Below are positions 62,158-64,000 of a stretch of 64,000 bases of DNA, piece by piece. The first letter of the stretch is position 1; each line of letters begins with the position of its first letter. The position numbers were made by a program, and so were the translations under genes. The DNA lies in NCBI GenBank assembly GCA_963710755.1, contig CAVQBK010000013.1, forward strand, positions 448,001-512,000, given 5' to 3'. Origin of the DNA: an uncultured bacterium (GTDB lineage: Bacteria > Oederibacteriota > JAAXVQ01 > JAUVAV01). Under the pieces are notes generated by a model. The model worked only from the letters and a program-made list of their open reading frames with translations, did not search any database and had not been told where the DNA came from.

Positions 62158-64000
62158 TTAAGCTGCGCTGTTCACCCGGAAATTACGCAACTGCAAGCGC
62201 ATAAACTGCTGAGCCCATTCCCTGACCAATTCAAAAGCAGCCATGCGCTTTTCCCAAAGGTAGGTCATGGCCAAGCGCCCACCTGTGGCCAAGGCTGAAG
62301 GCGCCACAATTTCAACGTCGTTTAAATGACCCATCACCACGGTCTTCCAATAATGGCTTTTGGCCAGTAAGGTATTCATGGCCAGCAAGCTGCGCTCATA
62401 GATAGTCTTGTCAAAGGCTCTGCTATCCACCTGATGAGCCCGCATATTGGCAGCCCGCATGATGGTACGCCATAAGGCCCTCAGCGAAACTTCTGACTTC
62501 CCGGCGCTTTCTGCTTCATAATAAGCTTGGGCAATGGGCGCTTGACGATCCATAAGACCTTGCTCATCAAACAAGGTTTGCCCCTCGTTGGTCCCTTGCA
62601 AATAACGGGCGATCATGTTTTCAAAATTTCCGGTTTCTTTCACTTCCAGAGCCATCGATCTGGCATCAAGGGGTGCCACCCATACGGAAGGCACATGTTG
62701 ATCCATACTTGCTGATTGCAGTACTGTGAAATTGGCTGGAGCTAGGCTAAAGGCATGGGCAAGGGTGGCTTGGCTGACTACCATGGTTTGGCCTGCAACC
62801 GTTATTTTTTGTTCGACCACCGTATTGTCACTGACCAGGGCCACCGCATGACCCAGATCATCGCCCAAGAGGGCCACTTGATTGGCCTGGGTTTGCGGAG
62901 CTAATTGCTGTATTAGTTTGAGTAATTTGGCACTGGTTTCACCATCAAGCGTGGGTTTGGCTAAAGCCTGGGCCATAAAGTCCAGGTTCTGTTTGGCAAC
63001 ACCTTTGGCGTTGCCTGCAAGCGCTTGTACCAAGGTTTGAAGGGTTTGACGCGTCGTTTCATCGATCACCCAGCCCGCGCGGGCTTGTTGAATTTCCTCG
63101 GCACTGACCGCAATTGCTTGATCAAGAGCAGCCAAGGCTTGGTTTTGATTACGTGTTTGAATCAGACATGCCAAGGCATGGCTGATCTCAGCCTGCATTA
63201 ATTCAGCATTTCCTGAATGATAAGCACTGAGCACAGCCGAGTGCAAGGCCCTTAGTTGCTGAGCTTGAATAAATTGCCCGCCTTCTTGGGCACGGGCGGC
63301 CGCGGCATCGAGATTACGTAACACGGAACTGGCGGCCGGTAAAGCACCGTTTTCCAGATAGGTTTGGAAGCTCTCCATCATGGGCTTATCCCACAGGGTG
63401 GTCACGCCCTCCAGCGCGGCCGCAGCCTGGCCAATGGCCTCCATGATTTCGGACGCTGTCATCCCAATCAATTGATCAGGTTTGATTTCATAGTGCTTAT
63501 TCATCAGCATTTGCCCGGTTTCCCTGGGAAGCACAGGATTGGTCATCTTAGTAAAGACTTTTCCGCCAAACTCCCAGAGCGATTGCATAATCTCTGCTTG
63601 GACGGCTTCAACATCCTGCTGGGTCAAGCGGAAATGATGGTTAATGGCCCGCTCAATATTCCAACGCAAGGTCATGGCCAGAAAGGCATTGTAAGCATGA
63701 CCTGCTGTGGGCACCTCTTCTTCCAAAAATTTCCGGTAAGCCTGGGGTATATGGAGGGTCATCACAAGCCTGCCGTCTGCTTGAGCCTCAGGCCCGAATC
63801 GAAAGAACTCGTTTGGTCCGGAGATAAGCTGAAAATCATAAGTGCTATTGCGGTCTCTAAAAAACCGAACGTTGTCTTTGTTTTCAAGCGCCTGTTTAAG
63901 CGCTTGGCCGATAACATTATTTTCAAACAATGATTGATTAGGTTCAGCAGTAGCAGTTTCCAAGGCTTCTGCAATTCCCGGCAACGCTTTCACGCTCATC
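62158..64000 (-). CDS. C-terminal part of a large hypothetical protein (5' end outside the window)
   Basis: At least 613 codons open to the window edge; Ala/Gln/Leu-rich and helical; no recognised motif. Confidence 0.75.
   Translation of the reverse strand, partial: MSVKALPGIAEALETATAEPNQSLFENNVIGQALKQALENKDNVRFFRDRNSTYDFQLISGPNEFFRFGPEAQADGRLVMTLHIPQAYRKFLEEEVPTAGHAYNAFLAMTLRWNIERAINHHFRLTQQDVEAVQAEIMQSLWEFGGKVFTKMTNPVLPRETGQMLMNKHYEIKPDQLIGMTASEIMEAIGQAAAALEGVTTLWDKPMMESFQTYLENGALPAASSVLRNLDAAAARAQEGGQFIQAQQLRALHSAVLSAYHSGNAELMQAEISHALACLIQTRNQNQALAALDQAIAVSAEEIQQARAGWVIDETTRQTLQTLVQALAGNAKGVAKQNLDFMAQALAKPTLDGETSAKLLKLIQQLAPQTQANQVALLGDDLGHAVALVSDNTVVEQKITVAGQTMVVSQATLAHAFSLAPANFTVLQSASMDQHVPSVWVAPLDARSMALEVKETGNFENMIARYLQGTNEGQTLFDEQGLMDRQAPIAQAYYEAESAGKSEVSLRALWRTIMRAANMRAHQVDSRAFDKTIYERSLLAMNTLLAKSHYWKTVVMGHLNDVEIVAPSALATGGRLAMTYLWEKRMAAFELVREWAQQFMRLQLRNFRVNSAA

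Overview
Chromosomal window (about 50% GC by eye, mostly minus-strand genes) from a diderm bacterium: it encodes OmpA, a secretin and a PorV-like barrel alongside spoVG, spoIID, rny-ymdB and comEA. This mix tentatively suggests a lineage such as FCPU426/Goldbacteria/Firestonebacteria (inference only). From 1 to 29 kb it is mostly housekeeping: a partial MCP, tRNA-Val, surE, pth-rplY-prs-glmU-tRNA-Gln-spoVG-ispE, rluD-spoIID-lspA-ileS, hisS, an LpoA-like lipoprotein, OmpA and ackA. At 28.8-33.2 kb is a three-gene partner-switching module. Its membrane kinase/phosphatase and its STAS partner both end in a helix-turn-helix tail resembling the DNA-binding N-terminus of IS481-type transposases; this is the best candidate for an undescribed system. 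At 33.6-38.8 kb is a T9SS-like cargo protein with a Thr/Pro/His repeat stalk, coupled to a PorV-like barrel. These are followed by 6S RNA-rny-ymdB, a minimal Tad pilus operon with a CpaE-TadA fusion coupled to an ECF sigma/anti-sigma pair, and a patchwork of metal/redox genes (mntP, arsR-permease-thioredoxin, msrAB). The window ends in the 3' end of a large unknown gene. No CRISPR array, rRNA or intact transposase was seen. All family calls come from motif recognition by eye, without database searches.
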